Shown: positions 28,306 to 39,361, counted from the whole stretch's first letter. The stretch: DNA of 60,554 nucleotides, filler included, from 6 parts of 6 records of this genome joined end to end with filler, not necessarily neighbours in it, one strand, 5' to 3'. Program-made: numbers and translations. The notes: generated from the letters alone by a model not told the origin.

Positions 28306-29645
28306 TGGGCCGCCTCCGCTTTCATCAGCCATCCGGTGACGGACGCCCGCCGGTCCAGAACTTCGCCGGCCGCCTGCATGATGTCCTGTGCGGTTACGGC
28401 CTCAAGCACATTCGGCCAGTCTTGCACGTCTTGCACAGTCATCCCCATCGCCAGCGCCTGACCATATCGGTTGGCAACGCTGTCGGCGTCATCGCGGGCA
28501 TAAATCTGCGAGGCCCGGATTTGCAGTTTGATCCGGTCAAGTTGCTCAGCATCAACGCCGGTCTCCGCAAAATCCGCAAGCGCCGCATCAAGGGCATCTT
28601 CGGCCTGTTGCAAAGTGACGCCATCTGCCGGAACAACGATGAAATTGAACGTGGTGTCATCAAGGGAACTGCCCCGATAATAGGCCGCCGTGTAGGTCGC
28701 GACCTGCGTGTCAAACTGCATCTTCTCGGCGAGGAAGGAGGTCGTGCCACCCCCGAGAATTTCCGCCAGAATGGTCAATGCAGCGGCCTTTTCCTGTGCG
28801 CCCGGATCACGCTCCGGGGCCAGATAGGACCGGCTGACATAGGGCTGTGCTACGCGCGGATCGCGAAAGATCAGCCGCCGCTCCGCGTTCTGGGGCGGCT
28901 CTTCGGTGCGCAGGCGTTCGGGTAGATCAGGGTTGGCCGGGATCACGCCATAATATTTCTCGGCCAAAACGCGGACCTCTTCGGGCTCCACATCGCCAGA
29001 GACCACCAGAATGGCGTTGTTCGGGCTGTAATAGGTTTCATAGAACGAAAGCGCATCATCCAGATCAAGTGTCTGCATCTCGTGTTTCCAACCGATAATG
29101 GGCACGCCGTAGCGATGGTTGAGATACTGCGCTGCGTTCATCAGTTCGTTGAGAAGGGCGGACGGGCTGTTCTCGGTGCGCTGGTTGCGTTCTTCCAAGA
29201 TCACGTCGCGTTCGGTGCGAATGTTGTCAGGGGTCAGGCGGATGTTGCGCATCCGGTCGCTTTCCATCTGCATCATCAGTTCCAGACGGTCGGCGGCGAC
29301 ACGTTGGAAATAGGCGGTGTAGTCATAGCTGGTAAAGGCGTTGTCGCGCCCGCCGTTTGCGGCCACGGTCGCGGAAAATTCGCCCGACGCCATTTTGTCT
29401 GTCGCTTTGAACAGCAAATGTTCCAGAAAATGCGCCACACCCGATGCGCCCTTCGGCTCATCCGCGGATCCGGCGCGATACCAGACCATCTGCTGCACAA
29501 CCGGGGCGCGGTGATCTTCGACCACGACCACATCCATCCCGTTTTCAAGGGTGAAATGGCTGACCGCTTCGTTGGCAGTGGCATGGCCTGCGGCAAACGG
29601 CAGGAAAACCGCCGCCAAGGCCGCAAAAATCGGCGCTTTGAACAT
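28302..29645 (-). CDS. M16 peptidase, catalytic subunit
   Basis: LENGM..., GVAHFLEHLLFK (HxxEH), NAFTSYDYT, EER. Confidence 0.92.
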   Translation of the reverse strand: MFKAPIFAALAAVFLPFAAGHATANEAVSHFTLENGMDVVVVEDHRAPVVQQMVWYRAGSADEPKGASGVAHFLEHLLFKATDKMASGEFSATVAANGGRDNAFTSYDYTAYFQRVAADRLELMMQMESDRMRNIRLTPDNIRTERDVILEERNQRTENSPSALLNELMNAAQYLNHRYGVPIIGWKHEMQTLDLDDALSFYETYYSPNNAILVVSGDVEPEEVRVLAEKYYGVIPANPDLPERLRTEEPPQNAERRLIFRDPRVAQPYVSRSYLAPERDPGAQEKAAALTILAEILGGGTTSFLAEKMQFDTQVATYTAAYYRGSSLDDTTFNFIVVPADGVTLQQAEDALDAALADFAETGVDAEQLDRIKLQIRASQIYARDDADSVANRYGQALAMGMTVQDVQDWPNVLEAVTAQDIMQAAGEVLDRRASVTGWLMKAEAAQ

Positions 29646-29737
29646 GGAGCGTCCTTTGAATGTTTCGCTTGTGCATTTAGGTACGCGGGTTGCGCCTACA
29701 ATCAAGGGCGATCTGCACTTTCAGCGATGACACTTGA

Positions 29738-30241
29738 TCAATTTGCCGGGGGTGCAGACGGGGTGCGTGCCCCGGCGCGGCGCCAGCGGCGGGCCTCTTT
29801 GTCGGCATCAAGGGCCTGACGCTTGTACGCCTGATTGTAGCGATCCACAGGCACGATGCGGAACTGGGTGAACCGCGCCTTGCGCTTGCGGAATTTGGCG
29901 TCTGTTTCGGCCAGTTCCTCGCGAATATTGGATGACACACCATTGCGGCTGGCATGACGCACCAATGCGCCGTCACTGGCCGGGATACCCGCATCCGCCG
30001 ATTGTGGACGCCCGCCAAAGGCTTGCACACCTTCATTTAGCGCGGAACGGTCCGTCAGGTTGGCTTTGCCCGGTGTCGGCGCAGGCAGCGTTGCGTAGTT
30101 GTCGGGGGATTCAAGCGGCTTTGCCGGTTGGATCATAAACTCATCCGGCCCATCGGACGAGCTGCGCAGATCTCTCAATCCCTGATTGGAGCACGCCGCA
30201 AGGGCCAGCGGGATCAGGGCAATCAAAGCGATACGGCGCAT
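29738..30241 (-). CDS. DUF3035-family lipoprotein
   Basis: Lipobox LAAC; GPDEF...KPL..P..LPAPTPG. Confidence 0.8.
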   Translation of the reverse strand: MRRIALIALIPLALAACSNQGLRDLRSSSDGPDEFMIQPAKPLESPDNYATLPAPTPGKANLTDRSALNEGVQAFGGRPQSADAGIPASDGALVRHASRNGVSSNIREELAETDAKFRKRKARFTQFRIVPVDRYNQAYKRQALDADKEARRWRRAGARTPSAPPAN

Positions 30242-30292
30242 GGGTCGTCTCCTATGGGTCTGCCCTTCAATATCGCAGGCAGGTGGGCAATG

Positions 30293-30790
30293 TCACTTAT
30301 GTTTTTTCGCCGCCGCTTTTCCAGCCTTTTTTGGGTCATCGACGAAAAAGACCAAACCAATAGCGCCCGCAAAGATAAAGATATCCGCGACGTTGAAAAC
30401 AAAGGGGTTGTTGATGCCGCAGCACGACATGTTCAGAAAATCCAGAACGTAGCCATAAATGATCCGGTCCGCGACATTGGCCAAAGCACCGCCGACAAGC
30501 AATCCGGCACTGATCTGCGCCAAAACGCCCGTCTTGGCCCGGCGCATCCAAAAATACACGCCTAGGCAGATCACCAGCGCCAGCCCGATCAACACCCAGC
30601 GGCTGGCATCAGGGGCATCGCTGAGTATGCCAAAATTGATCCCGCGATTTTCGCCGTACCGGAAATTGAGGATCGGCGGCATCACGTCAATCGCGCGAAT
30701 GCGCGACAGATCCATCAGGTGGATCACAATGTATTTGCTGATCTGGTCCAGCAAAAAGGCGGCAAATCCGGCCCAATAAAAGATACGCAT
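30293..30790 (-). CDS. lspA: Lipoprotein signal peptidase II
   Basis: DQISK, NRGINFG, GGALANVADR, VLDFL, FNVAD. Confidence 0.95.
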   Translation of the reverse strand: MRIFYWAGFAAFLLDQISKYIVIHLMDLSRIRAIDVMPPILNFRYGENRGINFGILSDAPDASRWVLIGLALVICLGVYFWMRRAKTGVLAQISAGLLVGGALANVADRIIYGYVLDFLNMSCCGINNPFVFNVADIFIFAGAIGLVFFVDDPKKAGKAAAKKHK

Positions 30791-30805
30791 CTGCCGCCCT
30801 CTGTC

Positions 30806-32392
30806 TTAATGCCGGAAGTGGCGCATGCCGGTAAAGACCATCGCCAGACCCGCCTCATCCGCCGCTGCAATCACTTCGTCATCGCGCATAGAACCGCCCG
30901 GTTGGATGAGCGCGGTTGCGCCCGCTTCGGCGGCGGTGATCAAACCGTCCGCGAAAGGGAAAAACGCATCAGAGGCCACAACCGATCCTTGGGTCAGCGG
31001 CGCGGGCAGGCCCATTGCCTCGGCCATGTCCTCTGCCTTGCGGGCGGCAATGCGTGTGCTGTCCACGCGGCTCATCTGGCCGGCACCAACGCCGACGGTT
31101 GCCCCGTCTTTGACATAGATGATCGCGTTGGATTTGACATGTTTGGCCACGGTCCAGGCAAACAGAAGATCGCTGAGTTCCTGATCAGAAGGGGCGCGTT
31201 TTGTCACAACCTTGAGGTCATCCCGCGTGATCCGGCCCACATCTTTGTCCTGCACCAAAAAGCCGCCAGAGACCTGCCGCACGGCCAGTTGCGCCGCATC
31301 AGCATTGGCCAGACCATCGGTGGTCAGCAGGCGCAGGTTCTTTTTCTTGGCAAATACGGCAAGCGCATCGGCATCGGCGCCGGGGGCAATCACCACTTCG
31401 GTAAAGATCCCGCTGATCGCTTCGGCGGTTTCACCGTCCAGTGTCTGGTTCAGCGCGATAATGCCGCCAAAGGCCGATGTCCGGTCACAATCAAAAGCAC
31501 GGGTGTAGGCTTCGGTCAGGGTCTTGCCGGTGGCCACACCGCAGGGATTGGCATGTTTGATGATTGCGCAGGCCGGACCGCCCTCGGGGGAAAATTCGCT
31601 GACCAGTTCAAAGGCGGCGTCGGTGTCGTTGATGTTGTTGTAAGACAGCTCTTTGCCCTGATGCTGCTGTGCGGTCGCGACGCCGGGACGGTTTGTGCCA
31701 TCGGTGTAGAACGCCGCCTGCTGATGCGGGTTTTCGCCATAGCGCAGGCTTTGCGCCAATGTGCCGCCAAAGGTGCGGCGGCGCGGTGTGGCATCCACCT
31801 GCGCGGCCATCCAAGTGCTGACGGCAGTGTCATAGGCCGCTGTACGGGCATAGGCCGTCTGTGCCAATCGCTGACGCAGGGCATAGGAGGTTTGGCCACC
31901 GTTTGCCTCCAGTTCGGCGATTACGGCGGCATAGTCTTCGGTGTCGACCACAACGTTGACGAAACCATGGTTCTTGGCGGCAGAGCGGATCATCGCAGGC
32001 CCGCCGATATCGATGTTTTCGATCACCTCGGCGTATTCGGCTCCTTTGGCCACGGTGGCCTCAAACGGATAAAGATTGACCACCACCAGATCAATGCCGC
32101 CAATGTTGTGTTCGTTCATCGCTGCAACGTGATCATCATTGTCACGCAGGGCCAGCAGACCGCCATGTACCACCGGATGCAGCGTTTTGACGCGGCCATC
32201 CATCATCTCCGGGAAGCCGGTAACTTCGGCCACGTCTTTGACATCGAGACCCGCCTCGCGCAGCGCCTTGGCGGTGCCGCCTGTGCTGAGCAATTCAACG
32301 CCGTGCCCGGCCAAGGCCTTGCCCAGTTCGACCAACCCGGTCTTGTCGGAAACGGAAAGAAGGGCGCGTTTGACGGGGGCAAGATCGGGCAT
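30806..32392 (-). CDS. purH: Bifunctional AICAR transformylase / IMP cyclohydrolase
   Basis: [45 protein letters not shown]. Confidence 0.97.
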   Translation of the reverse strand: MPDLAPVKRALLSVSDKTGLVELGKALAGHGVELLSTGGTAKALREAGLDVKDVAEVTGFPEMMDGRVKTLHPVVHGGLLALRDNDDHVAAMNEHNIGGIDLVVVNLYPFEATVAKGAEYAEVIENIDIGGPAMIRSAAKNHGFVNVVVDTEDYAAVIAELEANGGQTSYALRQRLAQTAYARTAAYDTAVSTWMAAQVDATPRRRTFGGTLAQSLRYGENPHQQAAFYTDGTNRPGVATAQQHQGKELSYNNINDTDAAFELVSEFSPEGGPACAIIKHANPCGVATGKTLTEAYTRAFDCDRTSAFGGIIALNQTLDGETAEAISGIFTEVVIAPGADADALAVFAKKKNLRLLTTDGLANADAAQLAVRQVSGGFLVQDKDVGRITRDDLKVVTKRAPSDQELSDLLFAWTVAKHVKSNAIIYVKDGATVGVGAGQMSRVDSTRIAARKAEDMAEAMGLPAPLTQGSVVASDAFFPFADGLITAAEAGATALIQPGGSMRDDEVIAAADEAGLAMVFTGMRHFRH

Positions 32393-32408
32393 GGCAGTGG
32401 TCCTTTGG

Positions 32409-34157
32409 TCAGTCGTCATCAGAATAGGGATCGTCCATAGACAAATCACGCACGCCAATCGCAGTTTCCTGCGCCTTGGACAAGGACCACCTGATGCGTG
32501 TGGCATAGGTAAATGCCATCCCGGTGAGGACAATCTGCTGTGCCGCGCGGGGTTTGAGGCGGGTTGTCTCCAGATAGACCCCCGGATCAAGCGAGAGGTT
32601 ATGTGCCCCGTCATGGCGGAAAACCCAGATTTCCCCGCTCTTTAACGCCATCGAAACAGCCGCGCCGCCCAAATCCAGCGTCGCATCCACATCCGGGTGC
32701 AGATGGAAACGGATGTCAAAGCGCAAGCCTTTCAGCTCTCCCGCGTCCAGCGCCGCGTCAAAGCGTCGCTTGTCGCCATCCTCCATCGCCAAGAGCATGT
32801 CCTCGCCCGCAAGGCCGCGACCGTCGAGCGTGAGTTCAAGCGTGCGGGCATGGGTCAACCCATGGGATTTGACATAGCCGTTGTGACCGCCCTGAAACCG
32901 CAGGCCGTCGGGGGCGCTGCTGATCTCTACCGGCACATGGGTCGGCCCCTCGATCAGCTCTTCCAGACCTGAATGGCGATCCGGTTCGGCCAATCGGGCG
33001 CTGGAAAACCCGCCCAATGACAAGGCGGAATGTGAGGGCGTCGCCCGGCCCGCCCGGCGCCATTCTAGCCCGAAAGACGCGCCTGAGCCGCAGTTCACAA
33101 CCAAAGGGCGACGACCGGAGGTCAGTTCAAATGCCAGCGTCGAGGCATGGGCATTCACCGAGGCATCCTCAACCGGCGGGGTGTCTGCATCAATCACAAC
33201 GCTGGTGCGCCCTGCGGACAGGCGGGCGTACCCCATCGCAAGGCCTTCGGGCTGCGTTGCACGAACGTTGGAGGCGGCCAGCGCATGATCAAGCCAGCCT
33301 TCAACACCGCGCCCGCCGCCGTGAAACCGCGCCAAACCGCCATCGGCGTGGCGCAGGCTGCGCAGGGTGGGTGCGATCCGTTCAATCGCGGCGAGGTGTT
33401 CTCGGGGCGGGGTGCGGCCAACATCATGCAGTGCCGCGCCCGCCCAGGTCAGAAGGGTAAACACGGCCAGCAGTTCTTCGGGGTTGCGGGTCGGCAAACC
33501 GCCCTGATCGTCGATCTGAATGCTGCATTCACGTGCCAGCGCCTTGATCGCGGGATCGGCCAGCGCCTCTTGCCCTTCGAGGGCGAGACCGGCGTAGATC
33601 AAACCAGTAAGCGCCTCAAAGCGCGGCAAACCCGGCGCCGCGCCGCGCCAGCGCCGCGAGAGGAATTGGGTTTGTTGTTCAAGTGATCGGTAGAAGGCTT
33701 TGCTTTGTGCCGCTTCCTGACCGCGCAGCACGAACAGCGCGTGGTTGATCCAACGGATCAAACGGCGGCCCGTCAGATCAGGTGTCCACCCCGGCCCCTT
33801 GCCCTTGCCGTAGATCTCGATCCAGCCCCAAAGCCAGTCCTGCGCCGCAGAACGCGCCGCCGGATCGCCCAATGCGGCCAGATCATCAAGCCAGGAAAAC
33901 CCTTGTAGTTCAGCGGCATAATTCGCATCTGGTGGCTCAATCCCCCACATGGATTGCCCCGGCGCATTCACCAAAGTTCCGGCAAACAGGAAATTACCCG
34001 CAATCAATTGCCGCCCGCGGGCGAAGGATCCGATGGTGCGGGGCTCAGGTGATGATACGAATCCTTTGACCTGCGCACGGGTGCGGGTCGCCGCGCGGGC
34101 GTGCCACCGATTGAGAAACCGCGCCTTGCGCGCTTTCAAGCTGGTCATATTGAACAT
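32409..34157 (-). CDS. Heparinase II/III-like protein
   Basis: [36 protein letters not shown]; usual neighbour of purH in alphaproteobacteria. Confidence 0.82.
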   Translation of the reverse strand: MFNMTSLKARKARFLNRWHARAATRTRAQVKGFVSSPEPRTIGSFARGRQLIAGNFLFAGTLVNAPGQSMWGIEPPDANYAAELQGFSWLDDLAALGDPAARSAAQDWLWGWIEIYGKGKGPGWTPDLTGRRLIRWINHALFVLRGQEAAQSKAFYRSLEQQTQFLSRRWRGAAPGLPRFEALTGLIYAGLALEGQEALADPAIKALARECSIQIDDQGGLPTRNPEELLAVFTLLTWAGAALHDVGRTPPREHLAAIERIAPTLRSLRHADGGLARFHGGGRGVEGWLDHALAASNVRATQPEGLAMGYARLSAGRTSVVIDADTPPVEDASVNAHASTLAFELTSGRRPLVVNCGSGASFGLEWRRAGRATPSHSALSLGGFSSARLAEPDRHSGLEELIEGPTHVPVEISSAPDGLRFQGGHNGYVKSHGLTHARTLELTLDGRGLAGEDMLLAMEDGDKRRFDAALDAGELKGLRFDIRFHLHPDVDATLDLGGAAVSMALKSGEIWVFRHDGAHNLSLDPGVYLETTRLKPRAAQQIVLTGMAFTYATRIRWSLSKAQETAIGVRDLSMDDPYSDDD

Positions 34158-34332
34158 ATCTCGCTGCCCTTGACGCTCTGACGGCGTTTGACGCAAGCAT
34201 AGCCCGCACAAGACGCTGAGTCACCGCTTTTTGCCCCAGCAGGGTAGCATCGGCGGGTTTGGTCGCAAATGGGCTGTTTTGATCGGCTTGGCAGGGCTAG
34301 AACTGCACCTTGAAACCACCGGAGGATTGCCC

Positions 34333-35085
34333 GTGATTGCCAGCTTGATGATGTATCTGCGCCCCGAGAATGCTCAGGCCCATGATCGGTATTGGGCCCT
34401 GATCCGCGCGGAACTCGCACAGCGCGGCATTGATGCCCCCGGACAGCCGGACAATGCGCGGGACGAATTTGAAGTCTGGACCGCCGGTGATCTGGTGCTG
34501 AGCCAGACCTGCGGCATGCCCTACCGCAAATGGCTGCATGACAAGGTCACGCTGATCGGCACGCCGGACTATGGCGTAAAGGGCTGTGAGGCGGGCTATT
34601 ACAACAGCGTGATTGTGGTGCGGGCGGATGATCAGCGAGCGGATCTGCCCGCCTACCGCGATGCGCGTTTCACCTACAACCAGACCTTTTCGCAATCTGG
34701 CTATGCGGCGCCATATGCATTGGCCCAAACCCATGGCTTCTGGTTTGAGAACCGCAGTCAAAGCCATGGTCACCTCAATTCGGCCCGCGCCGTGGCGGAA
34801 GGACGGGCCGATATTGCCGCGCTGGATGTGGTGACCTGGGAACTGATCCAGAAATACGATGATTTTGCAGCTGATCTGCGGATACTGGCCCAAACCCCGC
34901 CAACACCCGGCCTGCCCTATATCGCGGCGGCTGGTGCGGACCGGCAGGCGACATACGATGCGGTCTCGGCGGCGATTGCGGGGCTGGAACCGGCAGATCG
35001 TGACGCGCTTTGCCTCAAGGATTTGACCCAGATTCCCAAAGCCGCCTATCTAGCGATCTCCAATCCCCCAGAAACCGCAGGCTGA
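34333..35085 (+). CDS. PhnD/SsuA/transferrin-like binding-fold protein, no signal peptide
   Basis: GTG start after GGAGG; IASLMMY, LSQTCGMPY, YNSVIVVR, SQSGY, ADIAALD, PGLPYI. Confidence 0.75.
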   Translation: MIASLMMYLRPENAQAHDRYWALIRAELAQRGIDAPGQPDNARDEFEVWTAGDLVLSQTCGMPYRKWLHDKVTLIGTPDYGVKGCEAGYYNSVIVVRADDQRADLPAYRDARFTYNQTFSQSGYAAPYALAQTHGFWFENRSQSHGHLNSARAVAEGRADIAALDVVTWELIQKYDDFAADLRILAQTPPTPGLPYIAAAGADRQATYDAVSAAIAGLEPADRDALCLKDLTQIPKAAYLAISNPPETAG

Positions 35086-36360
35086 TCAACCCGCCTTGCG
35101 CAGACAGGCGATGTAGAACCCATCCATGCCGCCTTGATCCGCCCAGAAGTCCGGGCGCAGCCGCAGGCCGCCTTCGGTGGTGATCCAATCCTCCGAGACA
35201 CCATCGCGCCTCAGGGCATCGCGGTCCACGGTCATCTCCTCGTGCCGCTCCAGTGCCTCGTCCACTTGCACCTCGCCCTCGTCGGGCAGCAGGCTGCATG
35301 TACAAAATACCAGACGACCGCCGGGTTTGAGCAATGTCCAAGCGTGGTCAATCAACTCTCCCTGCAATTCGATCAGATCGCCAAATTCGGACCCGTCCTT
35401 GGCATAGGGCAAATCAGGGTGACGGCGCATTGTGCCGGTGGCAGAACAGGGCGCATCCAGCAAGATCGCGTCAAAGCTGCCTTTCACCGCGCGGGCATCT
35501 TTGGTCAGCGTTTTGGCTGTTAGCCCGACCCGCGCAAGATTTTCTTTGACCCGCACCATGCGTGGCACCGAAGAATCAACCGCCGTCACCTCTGCGCCAG
35601 CGGCGGCCAGTTGCATCGTTTTTCCGCCCGGCGCGGCACAAAGATCCAGCACAGTTTCGCCCTTTTGGGGGGCCAGAACCTGTACCGGGATCGCGGCAGC
35701 GGCATCTTGAACCCACCATTCGCCTTCGGCAAAACCGGGCATTGTGGACACTTGGCCCGCGTTTTCGACGCGCACGGTGCCGGTCTCAAGCAAAGTACCA
35801 CCCACCTGCGCAGCCAATGCATTTGCATCCCCCTTGGCGGTCAGATCGAGCGGGGCACCGGCAAAATGCGCCGTTTCCATTGCCGCCATCGCATCTGGGC
35901 CCCATGCCTCAACCAACGGGCCACGCAGCCATTTGGGCAGGCGCGGGGCGCGCAGGGCGGCCCATGCCTCGGGACCGTCAGTTGCGATTTTCCGCAGCAC
36001 CGCATTGGTGAGGCCTTTGAGGTGGCTCAGTTTGTTGTGGCTCGATACCAGATTGACCATCGCATTCACCACGCCATGCGCAGCGCCGCCCTGACACAGC
36101 TCGACGGTGCCAACGCGCAGCACGTTGCGAATGGTCAGCGGCGGTTGTTTGTTCAGGTGTTTTTGCAGCAAACGGTCTGCACGCTCCAGCCCGCGCAGGG
36201 TCTCGACGGCAAGGCGTTGGGCGCGGGCGCGGTCATCGGGGGGCAGTTTGTCCAGCACCCCACCCGCCAACAGTTCGGACATCAGACGCGGCTCATCCCC
36301 CAAAATCTGATCCAGCATATATACCGCACTTCTGCGGGCTTGAACGCCTGTGTCTGCCAT
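35086..36360 (-). CDS. rsmB: RsmB/NOP2-family RNA m5C methyltransferase
   Basis: NusB-like N-terminus, WWVQD, DLCAAPGGKT, DAPCSATG, CTCS. Confidence 0.88.
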   Translation of the reverse strand: MADTGVQARRSAVYMLDQILGDEPRLMSELLAGGVLDKLPPDDRARAQRLAVETLRGLERADRLLQKHLNKQPPLTIRNVLRVGTVELCQGGAAHGVVNAMVNLVSSHNKLSHLKGLTNAVLRKIATDGPEAWAALRAPRLPKWLRGPLVEAWGPDAMAAMETAHFAGAPLDLTAKGDANALAAQVGGTLLETGTVRVENAGQVSTMPGFAEGEWWVQDAAAAIPVQVLAPQKGETVLDLCAAPGGKTMQLAAAGAEVTAVDSSVPRMVRVKENLARVGLTAKTLTKDARAVKGSFDAILLDAPCSATGTMRRHPDLPYAKDGSEFGDLIELQGELIDHAWTLLKPGGRLVFCTCSLLPDEGEVQVDEALERHEEMTVDRDALRRDGVSEDWITTEGGLRLRPDFWADQGGMDGFYIACLRKAG

Positions 36361-36446
36361 TGCGGTTTCCTGTCTATCCGGGGTCTTGGGTTGTCGTGGG
36401 CATATCGGCACGTATATCAATGCGCAGAATGCCTCAAGAGGACAGC

Positions 36447-36650
36447 ATGACAGAGACAGCGCAGAGATCGGACCGTGAAGAGCCACAGGCAGACCTGCCT
36501 CCCGCCGCGCAACGCGCATTGGCCGAGGCCGCAGAACGCCGCAAACAGGCAGAGGCGCTGGATCTGCCACCCGAATTGGGCGGCCGTGACGGGCCAGAGC
36601 CCGTGCGTTATGGGGATTGGGAGAAAAAGGGCATCGCGATCGACTTTTGA
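36447..36650 (+). CDS. DUF1674 / succinate dehydrogenase assembly factor 4-like small protein
   Basis: RALAEAAERR...ELGGRDGPEPVRYGDWEKKGIAIDF. Confidence 0.88.
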   Translation: MTETAQRSDREEPQADLPPAAQRALAEAAERRKQAEALDLPPELGGRDGPEPVRYGDWEKKGIAIDF

Positions 36651-36689
36651 TCAGCGCCCGTTTTGATCAACGCCCGTTTTAATCAGCGC
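36645..36689. repeat. 16-bp tandem repeat, about 2.8 copies
   Basis: TTTTGATCAGCGCCCG / TTTTGATCAACGCCCG / TTTTAATCAGCGC. Confidence 0.8.
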
Positions 36690-37039
36690 AGCTTGAACTC
36701 AGCCGAATCGCCTGTCCCGCGATCAGATGTGATGCGCATGCGTTGGCCGTTCACCCGCACTTCTTGGCAATTGTAGCCAAGATCATCGCCGCCCCATTCA
36801 AGGCTGCGACACAGATATCCGCCCTTCCATTGCCAGCGTCCGCTGATGTCCCATGTGGCACCGCGCCCGCTGATCCGTCCGTCCGAACTGACCTGTAGGC
36901 GCACCAGCGGCCTTGAAAGGGTTTTGCCGTCCACAAGCGCCAAAAATTCAGCGCGGCTGTTTACCTTTTGAAAATCCGCAAACGCCGGCCCGGCAAGGCC
37001 CATCAGTGCCGCAGAGCCCAGTGCAATCCATCGTTTCAT
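36683..37039 (-). CDS. Hypothetical exported beta-rich protein (118 aa)
   Basis: GGAGG SD, signal peptide ending AFA, W.W.GGYLCR...NCQ. Confidence 0.75.
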   Translation of the reverse strand: MKRWIALGSAALMGLAGPAFADFQKVNSRAEFLALVDGKTLSRPLVRLQVSSDGRISGRGATWDISGRWQWKGGYLCRSLEWGGDDLGYNCQEVRVNGQRMRITSDRGTGDSAEFKLR

Positions 37040-37141
37040 CACTCACCTCCAAAGAGAAGTTCTGAAACAGATACGTTTCCAAAAGGTATTTGGTTTCATT
37101 TTGGGCAAGTTTTCCAGAATCCGCCGGACTTGCCCTTCCCT

Positions 37142-37315
37142 TCAACGGTCGATCACACAGATCGGATGATTGCCCGGATTGCGGCCGCCGCCCATATCGA
37201 GGCACCGGTCATCATAGCGCCAGCGTTCAAAGCTGCGGCCAAGTTGAAAGCTGGCGACCAAAGCTACGAAAATTGCCGCCAGTAGCAGCAGCCGGTTCTC
37301 AGGTTGCCGGATCAT
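37142..37315 (-). CDS. Small membrane protein (57 aa) with a CLDxGG...C motif, not in ORF track
   Basis: Hand translation [57 protein letters not shown]; start overlaps the end of dapB. Confidence 0.65.
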   Translation of the reverse strand: MIRQPENRLLLLAAIFVALVASFQLGRSFERWRYDDRCLDMGGGRNPGNHPICVIDR

Positions 37316-38123
37316 TCAACCCCAAGACATCAAGCATATCGTATTGCCCCGGCGCACGGCCCTGCCCCCAAAGCGCGGCCTTGAGCGCCCCGCGCGCGAA
37401 CACCGAGCGGTCAGAGGCAACATGGCGCAGGATGATCCGTTCGCCAGCAGCGGCGAACATCACATCGTGCTCCCCGACAATATCACCGCCGCGAATCGCC
37501 GTGAAACCGATGTCGCCACGTTTGCGGGCGCCCGTGATGCCATCGCGGCCACGGTCGGCCACATCATGAAGTGCAACGCCGCGCCCTTCGGCGGCGGCCT
37601 CACCCAACATCAGGGCAGTGCCAGAGGGCGCATCGACCTTTTGGTTGTGGTGCGCCTCAATCACTTCGATGTCGTAGTCTTCATCCAATGCGGCAGCCAC
37701 ACGTTTGGTCAGCTGCGTCAACAGGTTCACGCCAAGGCTCATGTTGCCGGCCCGAACGATCACCGCGTGGCGCGAAGCCGGTTCCAGCGCCGCGATCTCA
37801 TCGTCTGACATGCCGGTGGTGCCAATCACATGCACCGCACGGGCCTGCGCGGCCAATGCGGCAAACTCCAGCGTGGCGGCAGGTGCGGTAAAATCAATGA
37901 TGGCCTGCGATTTGGCAATCGCTTCAAGCGGATCATCCGTGACCTTGAGGCCCATTGATGCGCCGCCCATGACCTCGCCCAGATCCAGACCAACCCATGG
38001 ATGTCCACTGCGCTCAACCGCGCCAGCCAGATGATGTTTGTCCGAGGCATTGACCTGCGCAATCAACATTTGGCCCATACGGCCAGAGGCCCCTGTGATG
38101 GTCACGCCGGTGGTCTGGGTCAT
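37299..38123 (-). CDS. dapB: 4-hydroxy-tetrahydrodipicolinate reductase
   Basis: [36 protein letters not shown]. Confidence 0.96.
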   Translation of the reverse strand: MTQTTGVTITGASGRMGQMLIAQVNASDKHHLAGAVERSGHPWVGLDLGEVMGGASMGLKVTDDPLEAIAKSQAIIDFTAPAATLEFAALAAQARAVHVIGTTGMSDDEIAALEPASRHAVIVRAGNMSLGVNLLTQLTKRVAAALDEDYDIEVIEAHHNQKVDAPSGTALMLGEAAAEGRGVALHDVADRGRDGITGARKRGDIGFTAIRGGDIVGEHDVMFAAAGERIILRHVASDRSVFARGALKAALWGQGRAPGQYDMLDVLGLNDPAT

Positions 38124-38210
38124 GGCTTTGATCTCCTGCATCGCTTTGACGTGGGTGTAGCCTGCCTGCACCCGCTTGGCAAAGCCATTGGGAGGCACTA
38201 GATGGGGGGC

Positions 38211-38627
38211 ATGGGAAAGAACAAGTTTCATGAGGGCTCCGGCCCGTCGCAACGCCAGCTTCGGGTGGGCGAAACCATTCGCCGGGCTTTGTCCGAGGTG
38301 CTGGCGCGTGGGGATGTGCATGACCCCGAGCTCAACCGCATGTCCATCACTGTGGGCGAGGTGCGCACCTCACCTGATCTCAAGATCGCGACGGCCTATG
38401 TTTTGCCGCTGGGTGGCCAGGGGCAGGACGAGGTTTTGCAACTGCTGGCCCGCAACAAGGGTGAGCTGCGCCGCATGGTCGCGAAAAAGCTGACGCTGAA
38501 ATTCTCGCCGGACCTGCGGTTCCAGCTGGATCAGACCTTTGACCAGATGGATGAAACCCGCCGCATGTTGAACCAAGAGGTCGTGCGCCGCGACGCAGAT
38601 GCGCCGGACGATACCGGCGAGGCATGA
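38211..38627 (+). CDS. rbfA: Ribosome-binding factor A
   Basis: [31 protein letters not shown]. Confidence 0.95.
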   Translation: MGKNKFHEGSGPSQRQLRVGETIRRALSEVLARGDVHDPELNRMSITVGEVRTSPDLKIATAYVLPLGGQGQDEVLQLLARNKGELRRMVAKKLTLKFSPDLRFQLDQTFDQMDETRRMLNQEVVRRDADAPDDTGEA

Positions 38628-39361
38628 TCCGGCTTGCGGCCCTTGCGCTGCTGCTGTGTGTCTCTGCGGCGCAGGCGGCGGAGTGCCGCAAAGACACCTA
38701 CAACGGCAATGCCTATACCCTGTGTGAGGTGGCCCCCGCCGAAGAAAAGCTGCGGCTGTTTTTGTGGGACAGTGACGATCTGCTTTATGGTCATTTCGGC
38801 AGCATTGACCGCGCATTGCGGCAGCAGGGCAAACAGCTTGGCTTTGCCATGAACGCAGGCATGTACCATGAAGATCGTGCGCCCGTCGGACACTACATTG
38901 AACAAGGCCAGCAGCAGCGCCGGGTGATATCAAACGCGGGTCCGGGCAACTTCGGGTTGCTCCCGAATGGTATCCTGTGTCTGCGCGAAGGCCGCGCCGA
39001 TGTGTTTGAGACAAGCGTCTATCTGGCGCAGAACCCCCAGTGTTATGGCGCCACACAATCGGGCCCGATGTTGGTGATTGACGGTGCCTTGCATCCGCGT
39101 TTCCTGCCGGACAGCACGTCCCGTTATATCCGCAACGGGGTTGGAACATCGGCAGATGGCAAACGGGCGGTTTTTGCTATTTCTGACAACACGGTCACCT
39201 TTCACGCGTTTGGCAGCTTGTTCCGCGATCACCTGAAACTGCCCAATGCGCTTTATCTTGATGGCAATGTCTCGCGTATCCGTGCACCGGGGCTTGGCCG
39301 GGATGATGCCGGATTTACCCCGCTTGGCCCGATCATCGGTGTGGTGGAAAGCGCGAAATAA
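38624..39361 (+). CDS. Exported phosphodiester glycosidase (NAGPA/YigE-like) family protein
   Basis: Signal peptide, [36 protein letters not shown]. Confidence 0.82.
   Translation: MIRLAALALLLCVSAAQAAECRKDTYNGNAYTLCEVAPAEEKLRLFLWDSDDLLYGHFGSIDRALRQQGKQLGFAMNAGMYHEDRAPVGHYIEQGQQQRRVISNAGPGNFGLLPNGILCLREGRADVFETSVYLAQNPQCYGATQSGPMLVIDGALHPRFLPDSTSRYIRNGVGTSADGKRAVFAISDNTVTFHAFGSLFRDHLKLPNALYLDGNVSRIRAPGLGRDDAGFTPLGPIIGVVESAK

Noticed and set aside
30719..32440. 573-aa ORF opposite purH (and similar shadows at 24664-25779, 27040-28140, 49748-50920, 51917-53200)
   Set aside because: Mirror frames of well-supported genes, expected from codon bias
36683..37039. Second dihydrodipicolinate reductase near dapB
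   Set aside because: Has a signal peptide, is only 118 aa, and lacks Rossmann and DapB motifs
37072..37097. ECF-sigma promoter GAAACC-N16-CGTA for the exported protein
   Set aside because: Too short and degenerate to support without comparative data
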